A DNA stretch of 64,000 nt from Desulfobulbaceae bacterium UBA2775 (GTDB lineage: Bacteria > Desulfobacterota > Desulfobulbia > Desulfobulbales > Desulfocapsaceae). This document shows, in pieces, positions 52,322 to 61,785 of this stretch. Under the pieces are notes generated by a model. That model did no database searches. It saw only the letters and a program-made list of their open reading frames with translations, and was not told the origin of the DNA. The stretch's first letter is position 1; every line of letters begins with the position of its first letter. The translations under genes and the position numbers were made by a program. The stretch covers positions 51 to 64,050 of the forward strand of contig DEIL01000020.1 of assembly GCA_002352445.1 (NCBI GenBank), given 5' to 3'.

Positions 52322-52504
52322 ATGCGGAAAAACAGCCCGACAACTCAAACTTTACCTTCCAGCAATTACACCTGTAACGAATATCGTGAAGAGATGATAC
52401 TGCTTGCGTTGAGGCAGAAACTTCACAATCCAGACTTATCGAGTAAGGACAAAGACAAACTGGAAAAAGAAATCGCCGAACTTGAAGCCAAAATTGGTTT
52501 TTAA
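52322..52504 (+). CDS. Small coiled-coil hypothetical protein
   Basis: YTCNEYREEMILLALRQKL...EKEIAELEAKIGF; plausible helical protein. Confidence 0.6.
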   Translation: MRKNSPTTQTLPSSNYTCNEYREEMILLALRQKLHNPDLSSKDKDKLEKEIAELEAKIGF

Positions 52505-52519
52505 CGATTCAGAATTATT

Positions 52520-53476
52520 GTGACTGAAAGTATAAAAAAGAACTGGTTTCTGCTTGGTCTTGTCGCTGTTGTCCTTATGACCCTTGCAGATACCAGAGGA
52601 ATTTTAACAGGACCAGGGCTCTGGCTTAAGGCTCATAATGGTCCGGATTTCGTGATTATCCTTATTTTTTTTCTCTCCGGTCTGGTTCTTGATACCAGCA
52701 GGATTCGTGCGGGAGCCTCTGACTATAGAGGTACTCTGACAGCCCTTTTACTGATTTTCCTCATCGCTCCACTTCTCACCCTCCCCTTTACTCTCCTGCA
52801 CCTCAGCACTGGTGTGCTCCTGGGCCTTTTCCTTGTCGCTGTTATGCCGACCACTCTCAGCAGCGGTGTCGTCATGACCGGAGGGGCAGGCGGAAATATG
52901 GCACATGCCCTGCTGATCACAATCATTGCCAACTCACTGGCTGTTTTTACCATTCCTTTTTCTCTTGGCTTACTGCTCAGTCTGACCGGGGATAACCGTA
53001 TTATAGAAATAGAACAACTCCCTATAATGTTTAAAATAGCTAGCCGGGTGCTCCTGCCATTACTTGTCGGAATGATAGTTCGAAGAACATTAACATCCCT
53101 GCGTCCTTTTTTGCCATATACGGGAATTCTCAATCAGATCGGCATCCTTGCCATGGTCTGGATGGCACTCTGCAGAGGCAGAGAGGCAATTATATCCAAT
53201 CTCGGGGCAGTTCTGCCGATTCTTTTAGTTATTTTCACCTTTCACCTGGTTTTAGTCCTGGCAGGCATGGTCATGGCCCACTATGGAGATATCGGTAAGG
53301 GCCGAAGAGAAAGTGTGATCATTATGGGGGGGCAAAAAACCCTGGTGCTCTCGGTGATCCTGCAGGTATCACTTTTTCCTGAATATGGTATTGCACTTGT
53401 GGTCTGCGTTCTGCATCACATAGTCCATCTCATTATGGACGCATTTCTGACCCAACACTTAAAAGGGAAAAAATAA
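52520..53476 (+). CDS. Bile acid:sodium symporter family (SBF-like) transporter
   Basis: IFFLSGL, MPTTLSSGVVMT, GGQKT; multiple TM helices. Confidence 0.85.
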   Translation: MTESIKKNWFLLGLVAVVLMTLADTRGILTGPGLWLKAHNGPDFVIILIFFLSGLVLDTSRIRAGASDYRGTLTALLLIFLIAPLLTLPFTLLHLSTGVLLGLFLVAVMPTTLSSGVVMTGGAGGNMAHALLITIIANSLAVFTIPFSLGLLLSLTGDNRIIEIEQLPIMFKIASRVLLPLLVGMIVRRTLTSLRPFLPYTGILNQIGILAMVWMALCRGREAIISNLGAVLPILLVIFTFHLVLVLAGMVMAHYGDIGKGRRESVIIMGGQKTLVLSVILQVSLFPEYGIALVVCVLHHIVHLIMDAFLTQHLKGKK

Positions 53477-53492
53477 TCACCCTGGCTGGCGG

Positions 53493-54401
53493 ATGAAACA
53501 ACCTCACATTCGTACCTTTAGTTATCATTACAGAGAAAAGTATGGCCAGCCAATTGGTAAAATTGCGGTTGATATTGGCCACCCCTGTCCAAACCGGGAA
53601 AAAGGTGGATGCATTTTCTGCAGATCAGCCAGCTTTACTCCCGCATATCTGCTTAAAACGGATAACATTACAGCACAGATAGCCAAAGGAAAGAAGTCTC
53701 CGCTGAAGGGAAGATTCAAAAACTACTTTACATACTTCCAACAGGAAACAGCCACTGCCATGGCTGCAGAGAAACTTCTTCCCATTTGTGATCTTGCACT
53801 GCGAGATTCCGACTGCATCGGGATAATAATCTCCACTCGTCCCGATTATATTGAAAATGAGTTTTTGAGCGGACTGGCCTCCCTTCTTGAATCAACCAAA
53901 AAAGAATGCCTCATTGAACTGGGGGTGCAGTCAGCGCACGAGAAAAGTCTCACCTTCCTCAATCGTAACCATAGTTTTGAAGATGTTAGAAGTGCAGTAC
54001 AACGAATCAGGCAGTACAAAGTATTTGAAACAGGCGCCCATCTGATTTTCGGCATCCCAGGTGAAAATGAAGACGATATGATAGCGACTGTTCAAAAAGT
54101 GTGCGGAATGGGAATCAATGCAATCAAGCTTCACCATCTGCAGGTTGTTCGAGATACTCCACTGCATGATATGTATGTCAGAAGAGAAGTTCGTCTTTTC
54201 AGTTTTGAAGAATATTGCCAACTCCTCCTGAAAATTCTTCCCTTTATCCCAGCTGAAGTGACAATTCACCGACTCTGTGCAACATCACATCCGGATATAC
54301 TGGTTGCACCAAGATGGAATATTCTTGCCGCTACCTTAAGCAAAAAGCTCATGGGAAAAATGACGGAAAATGGTATATATCAAGGAGATAAAAGCTACTA
54401 A
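53493..54401 (+). CDS. YhcC/TIGR01212-type radical SAM protein
   Basis: CPNREKGGCIFC, STRPD, ELGVQS, IKLHHL. Confidence 0.88.
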   Translation: MKQPHIRTFSYHYREKYGQPIGKIAVDIGHPCPNREKGGCIFCRSASFTPAYLLKTDNITAQIAKGKKSPLKGRFKNYFTYFQQETATAMAAEKLLPICDLALRDSDCIGIIISTRPDYIENEFLSGLASLLESTKKECLIELGVQSAHEKSLTFLNRNHSFEDVRSAVQRIRQYKVFETGAHLIFGIPGENEDDMIATVQKVCGMGINAIKLHHLQVVRDTPLHDMYVRREVRLFSFEEYCQLLLKILPFIPAEVTIHRLCATSHPDILVAPRWNILAATLSKKLMGKMTENGIYQGDKSY

Positions 54402-54424
54402 CGCAGGGCAAAACCCGCAACCCA

Positions 54425-54498
54425 AGGCTGCTAGACTGTTAGAGGGAATGAATATTTTGCTTTTCCTAAAAGCCTTCAGCCTAAAAGGCTAACAGCCT
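54425..54498. repeat. Imperfect inverted repeat of 7-8-mer units
   Basis: AGGCTGCT-AGACTGTT-AG versus CCTAAAAG-CCTTCAG-CCTAAAAG-GCTAACAG-CCT. Confidence 0.5.
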
Positions 54499-54580
54499 GT
54501 TATTCGGTGTCAAACCAATACCTTCAGCACTTTTATTTTTTTGTTTTTTTATTACAGATTTTCTGAAGTAAGCCAGTAAA

Positions 54581-55231
54581 ATGAGAGCACACATTTTTGC
54601 CAACAGTCCACACCGTGAAAAGACCGGTTCCAGGATTCTCACGGGAAAAGAAGCCGACTTGATCATCGCTGTAGATGGTGGAGCAGAGCAATGTCGACAA
54701 CTCAATATCACCCCGAACCTGCTCATAGGCGACCTTGACTCCATATCACCCCAGCTTGCCCGGGAATATACTCATTCAGGTGTGGAAATCATCCGCCATC
54801 CAAGCAGAAAAGATGCAACAGATCTTGAACTGGCGCTTGATCTGGCAATGACCAGAGGTGCTGGCGATGCTGAGCTATTTGGTGTATTGGGGGGAAGATG
54901 GGATATGAGCCTGTCAAATGTGATGCTTGCAGCCAGTGAAAAATACAGCCGGATGCGTATTTCTCTTTATGATGGAACCTGCAGGATGCATATTATCCAT
55001 GGGGGATCTACTCTTAATTTTAAAGGAGTACCGGGACAGATAACTTCACTTATCCCCCTGTCTGACAATGTTCAAGGAGTCACGATTACAGGATTTGAAT
55101 ATCTTCTAAAAAACAGTACCCTTCTCTTTGGCAGCAGCCGGGGAATCAGTAATATACTATTGAAAACAGAAGGCAGGATAACCCTGAAAAGTGGTATCCT
55201 CCTGTGCATAGAAGAGCTGACACCCTCATAA
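54581..55231 (+). CDS. thiN: Thiamine diphosphokinase
   Basis: AVDGGA, IGDLDS, KDATDLELA, GGRWD, SRGISN. Confidence 0.9.
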   Translation: MRAHIFANSPHREKTGSRILTGKEADLIIAVDGGAEQCRQLNITPNLLIGDLDSISPQLAREYTHSGVEIIRHPSRKDATDLELALDLAMTRGAGDAELFGVLGGRWDMSLSNVMLAASEKYSRMRISLYDGTCRMHIIHGGSTLNFKGVPGQITSLIPLSDNVQGVTITGFEYLLKNSTLLFGSSRGISNILLKTEGRITLKSGILLCIEELTPS

Positions 55232-55297
55232 AATTGGATTCTTAGCTTCAGATTTTAAAATCTCGAACAAGCCATAACCTTAGCAAGGTGGCCCATA

Positions 55298-57121
55298 ATG
55301 AAAAATGACCTCCAGAGACTCATCGCTATTTTTGAAGCCATGGCAGACGGTGTCTGCATTGTTAACCAGGACTTAACCATTGAATTCATGAATTCGGTAA
55401 TGGTGGAAAAATTTTGCGATGGCATTGGCACAAAATGTTACAAGACTCTCGAAAACCGTAATAAAATCTGCACCAATTGTGAAGCAGCAAGGGTATTTAA
55501 CGGGGAAACGCTTCACCAGGAGGTGTACAATAAAATAGCCGATAAATTCTATGACATCGTCGAGGTACCCCTGAAAAACGATGATGGAACCTTGTCTAAA
55601 TTAAGTATTTTCCGGGATATATCACTAAAGAAAAAACAGGAAGAAAAACTAAAAGCTTCAGAAGAGCATTATAGAAGGCTGTTTGAGCTTGTCGGATGCG
55701 GTGTATTTATCAGCAGTAAAGAGGGAAAGTTTCTTGATGCCAATCTCGCGTTGCTGGAAATGCTTGGATATTCGAACAGGGAGGAGTTCCTGAGAATTGA
55801 CATTGCCCATGATCTCTATATAAGGCCTGAAGACCGTCAGAGTTTTGTAGAGACCATTGAGCGGGAAGGGAATGTCATTGACCTTGATGTGGAGTTTAAG
55901 AAAAGAGACGGCACCCCTATACCGGCACTTTTAACGGGGCATGTACGCTTTGATCACAAAGGGAATGTAACAGGCTATGAAGGGATCATTGTAGATCAAA
56001 CCCTAAGAAAGCAGATGGAAAGGGAGGTCAGGGAAACAAACGATTTTCTAAACAATATTATCCATAGTTCAGCCAACTCTATCATGGCCACAGATATGAA
56101 GGGGACTATTATCCTCTGGAATCAGTCTGCCGAAGAGATCCTCGGATACAAAACAAAAGATGTTGTCGGTAAACTCAACATTACCAAAGTATACCCGGAA
56201 GGCATGGCAAAAAAAGTAATGGAGAAGATTCGTACAAATGAAAACGATCGTAAAGGCCTCCTGAAATTTTATCCTGTAGTTTTTGTCAAACAGGATGGGA
56301 CAATTGCTGAAGGTAACCTCTCCGCATCTATTGTTTATGATGAAAACCATAATGAAATAGCCACTGTTGGAATATTTACAGACTTAAAAGAAAGACTGGA
56401 GATGGAAAGACGGCTAAAAACAACTCAAGAGCAGTTGCTGCAATCTGAAAAACTAGCGGCAATGGGCCGCCTTACCTCCCAAATCGCCCATGAATTGAAT
56501 AATCCGTTATACGGCATAATGAACACTCTTGAGCTGATGAAAACCGAAATCTCTCCTGACAATAAACGGAGAAAATTACTGGAAATGGCGCTTTCGGAAA
56601 TTGTCCGGCTCAGTGAATTGCTTCGTAAAATGCTGACCTTTTCAAAGCCTGACCAGAAAGAAAAACAGCCTGTTGATATCAATACGATTCTTGATGAGAT
56701 GCTCCTTTTGCATAAAAAACAGTTCCGTGAAAACGATATCATAATCTCAATGACCTTATCCAGTGAATTGGAGCTGGTCTATGCGTCAAAAAACCAGTTG
56801 CGTCAGGTTTTTCTGAATATTTTTAATAATGCCGGCGACGCCATGCCGGCTGGCGGGACATTAGCTGTGGAGACAAACACCGCAGGTGGAGAGATTGTTA
56901 TTGAAATATCAGACACCGGGCTTGGCATTAAAGAAGAAAATATTAATAAAATATTCGATGCATTCTTTACCACGAAAAGCAGTGTGAAAGGGGTTGGCCT
57001 TGGTCTGTCTGTCTGCTATGGTTTTATCGTAGAGCATGGCGGAGATATCAAGGTTGAAAGCAAAGAAGGTTCCGGTACGAAGTTCACAATCACACTGCCT
57101 ATCCACAATCATCCCCAATAA
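55298..57121 (+). CDS. Cytoplasmic multi-PAS sensor histidine kinase
   Basis: Three PAS-like repeats; AHELNNPL, QVFLN, DTGLG, GVGLGL; no TM segments. Confidence 0.92.
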   Translation: MKNDLQRLIAIFEAMADGVCIVNQDLTIEFMNSVMVEKFCDGIGTKCYKTLENRNKICTNCEAARVFNGETLHQEVYNKIADKFYDIVEVPLKNDDGTLSKLSIFRDISLKKKQEEKLKASEEHYRRLFELVGCGVFISSKEGKFLDANLALLEMLGYSNREEFLRIDIAHDLYIRPEDRQSFVETIEREGNVIDLDVEFKKRDGTPIPALLTGHVRFDHKGNVTGYEGIIVDQTLRKQMEREVRETNDFLNNIIHSSANSIMATDMKGTIILWNQSAEEILGYKTKDVVGKLNITKVYPEGMAKKVMEKIRTNENDRKGLLKFYPVVFVKQDGTIAEGNLSASIVYDENHNEIATVGIFTDLKERLEMERRLKTTQEQLLQSEKLAAMGRLTSQIAHELNNPLYGIMNTLELMKTEISPDNKRRKLLEMALSEIVRLSELLRKMLTFSKPDQKEKQPVDINTILDEMLLLHKKQFRENDIIISMTLSSELELVYASKNQLRQVFLNIFNNAGDAMPAGGTLAVETNTAGGEIVIEISDTGLGIKEENINKIFDAFFTTKSSVKGVGLGLSVCYGFIVEHGGDIKVESKEGSGTKFTITLPIHNHPQ

Positions 57122-57193
57122 CCCAGCGTTTCCTTCCTATCTTCATAATTTTCTCTTTCCTGTTTTTCTACGGTTTTTAAGAATAAAAAAATA

Positions 57194-57217
57194 TCTGATT
57201 ACGTACGAAAATCAGCT
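57194..57217. repeat. Solo copy of the 15209-15399 MITE terminal repeat
   Basis: TCTGATTACGTACGAAAATCAGCT versus TCTGATTACGTATGAAACTCAGCT (22/24). Confidence 0.65.
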
Positions 57218-57252
57218 GGCTTTTTCGTCATTCTGAAAATAAACCAAACTAA

Positions 57253-57419
57253 ATCTATAATATCTATAATATCTGTAATTAATTTCTGAGCACCTTGGCC
57301 AATCCTCCATGTTATTTACCTTATATTTAGGTATATATCACAAATACTGTCATAATTATATTTTCTACAAAAAATGCTTGACAATAGATATATTCTATAA
57401 TATCTATAATAAATATAAT
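57253..57419 (+). promoter_or_regulatory. Promoter region with two arrays of 9-bp direct repeats (ATCTATAAT)
   Basis: ATCTATAAT ATCTATAAT ATCTGTAAT (57253-57279); TTCTATAAT ATCTATAAT AAATATAAT (57393-57419); TTGACA at 57378. Confidence 0.6.
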
Positions 57420-57446
57420 AACAGTACTTAAAGAAAAGGAATTGCC

Positions 57447-58019
57447 GTGGAAGATATATTAACAGTAGCGAAAGCAAGCGACTATTGCCAGGTCTCTCCA
57501 AAAACCATTATCAATTGGGTGGAAGCCGGTCATATCGAGGCTTACAAGACAGTTGGCGGGCATCGTCGCATCAAAAAGAACAATCTTGAAGCGTTCATGG
57601 AAAAACAGGGCATCCCCATTCCCAAAAACGAAATGAAAGAGAAAAGAAAAAGAATACTGGTTGTTGATGATGATCCAATTATTGTTGAAACCATAGTAAT
57701 GGCCCTGGAAGAAGATGAATTCGACTATGAAGTCATTTCCGCATCTGATGGATTTGAGGCAGGGCTTCAGGTCAACCACTTTAAACCCCATCTCCTGATT
57801 CTTGACATAATGATGCCAGACATCAAAGGCTACGAAGTCTGCAAAAAAGTCAAATCGAATCCCGAAACAAAACATACCAGAATTATCGTGCTTTCAGCAT
57901 ATTTGGATGAAGAAAAATTTAAACAAATGAAGGAGTATGGCGCTGATGTCTGTTTTTCAAAGCCGCTGCCATTGCCCCAACTCAGGGAAGAAGTGGCCCG
58001 CCTGCTGGAACTGAAATAA
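57447..58019 (+). CDS. Response regulator with N-terminal excisionase-like HTH_17 and C-terminal receiver
   Basis: LTVAKASDYCQVSPKTIINW...KTVGGHRRI; ILVVDDD, LDIMMP, SKP. Confidence 0.9.
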   Translation: MEDILTVAKASDYCQVSPKTIINWVEAGHIEAYKTVGGHRRIKKNNLEAFMEKQGIPIPKNEMKEKRKRILVVDDDPIIVETIVMALEEDEFDYEVISASDGFEAGLQVNHFKPHLLILDIMMPDIKGYEVCKKVKSNPETKHTRIIVLSAYLDEEKFKQMKEYGADVCFSKPLPLPQLREEVARLLELK

Positions 58020-58065
58020 AGAACTGTGCGTGCTTTTTCGTGTTTATCGATGCAAGGAGGTAAAA

Positions 58066-58941
58066 GTGAAATTAAAGGATGCACTGGAAAAAAATCAATT
58101 TATTGTTACTTCCGAAGTCCAATCACCGGTTGAAGATGATCCTGAAAAGCTTATACAAAATTTGCAACTCATTCGAGGTCGTGTTGACGGCGTTTCTGTA
58201 TCAGAAATTGAAATCGACGGTGTAGTTGGAGATACCATAAAGACCTGCGACCTTCTTAAAAAAAGTAAGTTCGATCCCATTTACCAAACAACGACCCGTC
58301 AAAAAAACAGGCTGCAACTGCAGAAAGACCTCATCAATGCTCATGAAGCCGGCATCGAAAACCTGCTTGTTTTTACAGAAGACTACCGCCTCACCGGAGA
58401 CAGCCTTCAGGAAATGATGTTTTTCCATGTTGATGCCGGAAAGCTTTCTTCTGTTTTAGACCATCTGAAGGAAGGCCATACCGTAGAGGGGGATGCCCTT
58501 CCCGAAAAAACTGAATTTTTGCTTGGCTCAGGAGTGGAATCTTCCTGGGGGAAAAACGTTCCAGACCTGGAAATGAAGGAAATGGAAGAAATGACAAAAA
58601 TTGGAACAGGTTATTTTCTAACAACACCGGTTTTCAATCTGGATTCATTTGAAAAATTCATTAAAAACGTCAACACCTTCGGAGTCCCTGTCATTGCGGA
58701 AGTCCTGATCATCAGAACAGCGGGAATGGGCCAGTTTCTAAACCGACATATGAAGCCCGGCCTGGTACCGGACTGGGTCATAAAAAAACTTTCCCAGGCT
58801 CCGGAAAAACAAAAGGCGTCCATAGAAATTTTCGCCGATATTGTTTCAGGCCTTAAGGATTTATGCCAGGGAGTGCACATTATCTCAATAGGTGGAGAAC
58901 AGCGACTGAGACAATATCTGGATGCAGCGAAATTAAAATAA
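58066..58941 (+). CDS. Divergent methylenetetrahydrofolate reductase (MetF)-like protein
   Basis: MTHFR-like fold cues (VTSE..P, NRLQLQ.DL, CQGVHI); GTG start after AAGGAGG; several catalytic positions altered. Confidence 0.75.
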   Translation: MKLKDALEKNQFIVTSEVQSPVEDDPEKLIQNLQLIRGRVDGVSVSEIEIDGVVGDTIKTCDLLKKSKFDPIYQTTTRQKNRLQLQKDLINAHEAGIENLLVFTEDYRLTGDSLQEMMFFHVDAGKLSSVLDHLKEGHTVEGDALPEKTEFLLGSGVESSWGKNVPDLEMKEMEEMTKIGTGYFLTTPVFNLDSFEKFIKNVNTFGVPVIAEVLIIRTAGMGQFLNRHMKPGLVPDWVIKKLSQAPEKQKASIEIFADIVSGLKDLCQGVHIISIGGEQRLRQYLDAAKLK

Positions 58942-58974
58942 GAACAACCAGCCATAACTCAAATCCTTCATTAC

Positions 58975-59006
58975 CCGGTCATTCCCGCGCAGGCGGGAAT
59001 GACCGG
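58975..59006. repeat. dRS3-like palindrome with 14-bp perfect stem
   Basis: CCGGTCATTCCCGC-GCAG-GCGGGAATGACCGG. Confidence 0.72.
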
Positions 59007-59094
59007 ATGGTGCAGAATTTCAGTGGTTACGAATTTGTCAAAAATAGGTATCTATCGAATAACTTAAAATGCCTGTAAATGAGGAGCCAGCCTC

Positions 59095-61776
59095 ATGGAA
59101 ACCATTACTCTAACGATCAACGGGAAAAGGGTCAGCTGCCTAGAAGGGAAAAGTATACTCGAAGCAGCAGAAGCACACGGGATAAAAATCCCGAAACTGT
59201 GCTATCACCATAGCCTCAAACCTTTTGGTGCCTGCCGACTTTGCCTTGTAGAAGATGAAAAGACAGGACGACTTTTCGCATCCTGCGTTACTCCTGCAGC
59301 GCCGGATATGGTTCTTCTCTCGGACTCGCCTCAAGTCCTGAAACACCGGCGAAACATTATCTCACTGATGATGGCCGAACACCCTGAGTCCTGCATAGTG
59401 TGCAACAAGGGTAATCGCTGTCAGCTGCGAATGATTGCAGCTGAGCTCGGTATCGGGGAAAACCACCTCTATCCCATGCCAAACTACAAGCCGTTGGAAC
59501 AGGCAAATCCTTTTATCATGCGGGATTTATCCAAATGCATACTCTGCGGCAAATGTATAAGGGCAGATCATGAACTGGTTTGTGCCGGTGCTATTGATTA
59601 CAATTCAAGAGGTTTTGACTCTCGTCCGGCAACGCTTCATGAGCTGCCTCTGGAAGAATCAACCTGTACCTTCTGCGGCACCTGTGTGTCTCTCTGCCCC
59701 ACGGGGGCATTATCAACAAAAACAGACTTTGCAGGTACACCGGAACGGGAATCAAATTCCGTTTGCGGGTTTTGCGGCATTGGCTGCAATTTGACGTTAG
59801 GCATAGCTGGAAATATGATTGTGGATGTTAACCCGGCCCACATTGAAAACAGCGTCAATGATGCGACGCTTTGTGTCCGCGGACATTTTGGTCATGACTT
59901 TTTAAACTCTACACAAAGACTGACCCATCCTCTTGCCAGAAAAGAAAAAGAACTCGTCCCGGTCTCCTGGGATAATGCACTGGAAACCACGGCAAAGAAA
60001 CTTTTAGAAATAAAGGATCAGCACGGGCCCGAAAGTATCGCCTTTCTCGGCTCCTCAAAATGTTCCAACGAAGAGAACTACCTTTTTCAAAAAATTGCCC
60101 GCACAATCATAGAAACAAACAATGTGGACAATGGCGGGTATCTGTCCGGGAGACTTCTTCTTGATCTGGCGGAAGAACGAACTGACAAGGCAGGCCGTTT
60201 TAACTTTTTTGCCGGCCCTCTTTCCGGACTTGAACAGGCAGAAGTTATTTTCGTGCTAGGGGCCGAACCGGATCAGGCGGCACCGGTTTTGGACTATTAT
60301 CTCAAAAGAAGTGCTAAAAAAGGTACTCCACTGATTGTGGCGAACCCCAAAAAAATAGGCCTGACAACCAGCGCCTCTTGTTGGATTCACCCTTACGGTT
60401 CCCCTAAGCCTGCGCAGAATTTTTTTGACACATTTTACCTTGAACTGATCAATTTGATTTCAGCAAATCTTCTTGAAAAAAACGCAATTGACACATCGTT
60501 TATATCTCGTTTCACAAGCGGCTATGAAGAATATAAATCAGATCTTTTATCACTGGACCAAAAAACATCTGTCGAAAAAGCAAATCTTGATAGCCGCTCA
60601 ATAAAAAATGCTGCCGAGACATTAACAGGAAAGAAAATAACGTTTGTGGTCGGAGATGGATTGATGCTGCAACGATATGGCAAAGAGGCCATGGAAGCTC
60701 TGCTCAATCTTGCACTGATGACTGGAAGTATCGGATATAAAGGGGCGGGTTTTCACATTCTTTCAAAAGAAAATAACCTTGTGGGGGCATGGGACATGGG
60801 AACAGTTCCGGGGACCCTGCCGGGCAGGTTGATGATTAATAATGAGAATGATCGCAACATCTGGGAGAAAGCCTGGAAATCAAAAATCCCACAAACCAAA
60901 GGGTTAGACCTGTATCAAATGATAAAGAAGGCTGAAGAAGGTAGTCTTAAGGCAATCTACATAATGGGAGAAAATCCTCTCCGCAGCCTGCCCCAGCCAA
61001 ACCGTCTCTTAAAATCATTCGAATCACTGGAATTTGTTGTCGCCCAGGACATTCTCTTTAACGAAACGGTTAATATTGCAGATGTGGTTCTGCCGGGAGC
61101 TCCCTTTTCTGAAAAAGCAGGCAGTTTTACAAATATGGAAGGTAAAATTCAATGTTTTTCCCCTGCACTACCGCCCCCGAAGAATGCCAAAACGGATTTG
61201 GAAATTTTAGGTTTAGTTGCTGAAAAAATGGGCGCCCCTGAGTACAAAAGCAATCACGAAGATATCAGAAAGGAGATCAGCAACACTATCTCCGCTTATT
61301 CAGAAACAGCTGCCTGCAAACACCCGATATGGATCCGGGAGAAAAATCAGTTACAAGATAACATGGCAGAAAAACAGATCCGTTTTTCACCCGTAACCTC
61401 GAGCAGTGAAACTGTATGTGATGATGATTATCCATTTATTGCTCTATTCGGATCTACTCGGTTTCATTTGGGAAGTGGCACGAGGACTGGACAATCTGAG
61501 CGGATAAACGTTTTTGCCCCTCAGGGAGAGATTGAAGTCTCTCCAGTTGACGCAGAAAAAATGAATTTGATTAAAGACGATCGGATCAAGGTCACCTCAG
61601 TGACAGGAGAACTGGAGAGAACTGTTAAAGTTAACAGTAATATTCGATCCGGTTATATCCATATCCCCACTGCCTATAATCATAACGATGCGAGATGCCT
61701 TATTCAACTTGTGCCTCTTCTAGACGCCGACTCAAGCGGATGGGATTCATGCCGGGTTACGGTTGAGAAGGTTTAA
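59095..61776 (+). CDS. FdhA/NuoG-like Fe-S protein with a degenerate molybdopterin-family domain
   Basis: [2Fe-2S] LC...CRLC...C; HxxxCxxCxxxxxC; CILCGKC; CTFCGTC; CGFCGIGC...C; active-site region reads NNVDNGGYLSG. Confidence 0.85.
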   Translation: METITLTINGKRVSCLEGKSILEAAEAHGIKIPKLCYHHSLKPFGACRLCLVEDEKTGRLFASCVTPAAPDMVLLSDSPQVLKHRRNIISLMMAEHPESCIVCNKGNRCQLRMIAAELGIGENHLYPMPNYKPLEQANPFIMRDLSKCILCGKCIRADHELVCAGAIDYNSRGFDSRPATLHELPLEESTCTFCGTCVSLCPTGALSTKTDFAGTPERESNSVCGFCGIGCNLTLGIAGNMIVDVNPAHIENSVNDATLCVRGHFGHDFLNSTQRLTHPLARKEKELVPVSWDNALETTAKKLLEIKDQHGPESIAFLGSSKCSNEENYLFQKIARTIIETNNVDNGGYLSGRLLLDLAEERTDKAGRFNFFAGPLSGLEQAEVIFVLGAEPDQAAPVLDYYLKRSAKKGTPLIVANPKKIGLTTSASCWIHPYGSPKPAQNFFDTFYLELINLISANLLEKNAIDTSFISRFTSGYEEYKSDLLSLDQKTSVEKANLDSRSIKNAAETLTGKKITFVVGDGLMLQRYGKEAMEALLNLALMTGSIGYKGAGFHILSKENNLVGAWDMGTVPGTLPGRLMINNENDRNIWEKAWKSKIPQTKGLDLYQMIKKAEEGSLKAIYIMGENPLRSLPQPNRLLKSFESLEFVVAQDILFNETVNIADVVLPGAPFSEKAGSFTNMEGKIQCFSPALPPPKNAKTDLEILGLVAEKMGAPEYKSNHEDIRKEISNTISAYSETAACKHPIWIREKNQLQDNMAEKQIRFSPVTSSSETVCDDDYPFIALFGSTRFHLGSGTRTGQSERINVFAPQGEIEVSPVDAEKMNLIKDDRIKVTSVTGELERTVKVNSNIRSGYIHIPTAYNHNDARCLIQLVPLLDADSSGWDSCRVTVEKV

Positions 61777-61785
61777 AACAGAAAG

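Noticed and set aside
54402-54498. Resemblance to a c-di-GMP-I riboswitch (CAGGGCAAA...AAAGCC...GCCTAAA)
   Set aside because: Lacks the GAAA-tetraloop stem and GACGC, and the spacing is too long; better explained as a short-unit repeat.
57253-57419. CRISPR array or iterons
   Set aside because: Repeats are 9 bp, contiguous and lack spacers; no cas or rep gene.
59095-61776. Selenocysteine formate dehydrogenase
   Set aside because: The ORF is uninterrupted, with no TGA or Cys at the expected ligand position.
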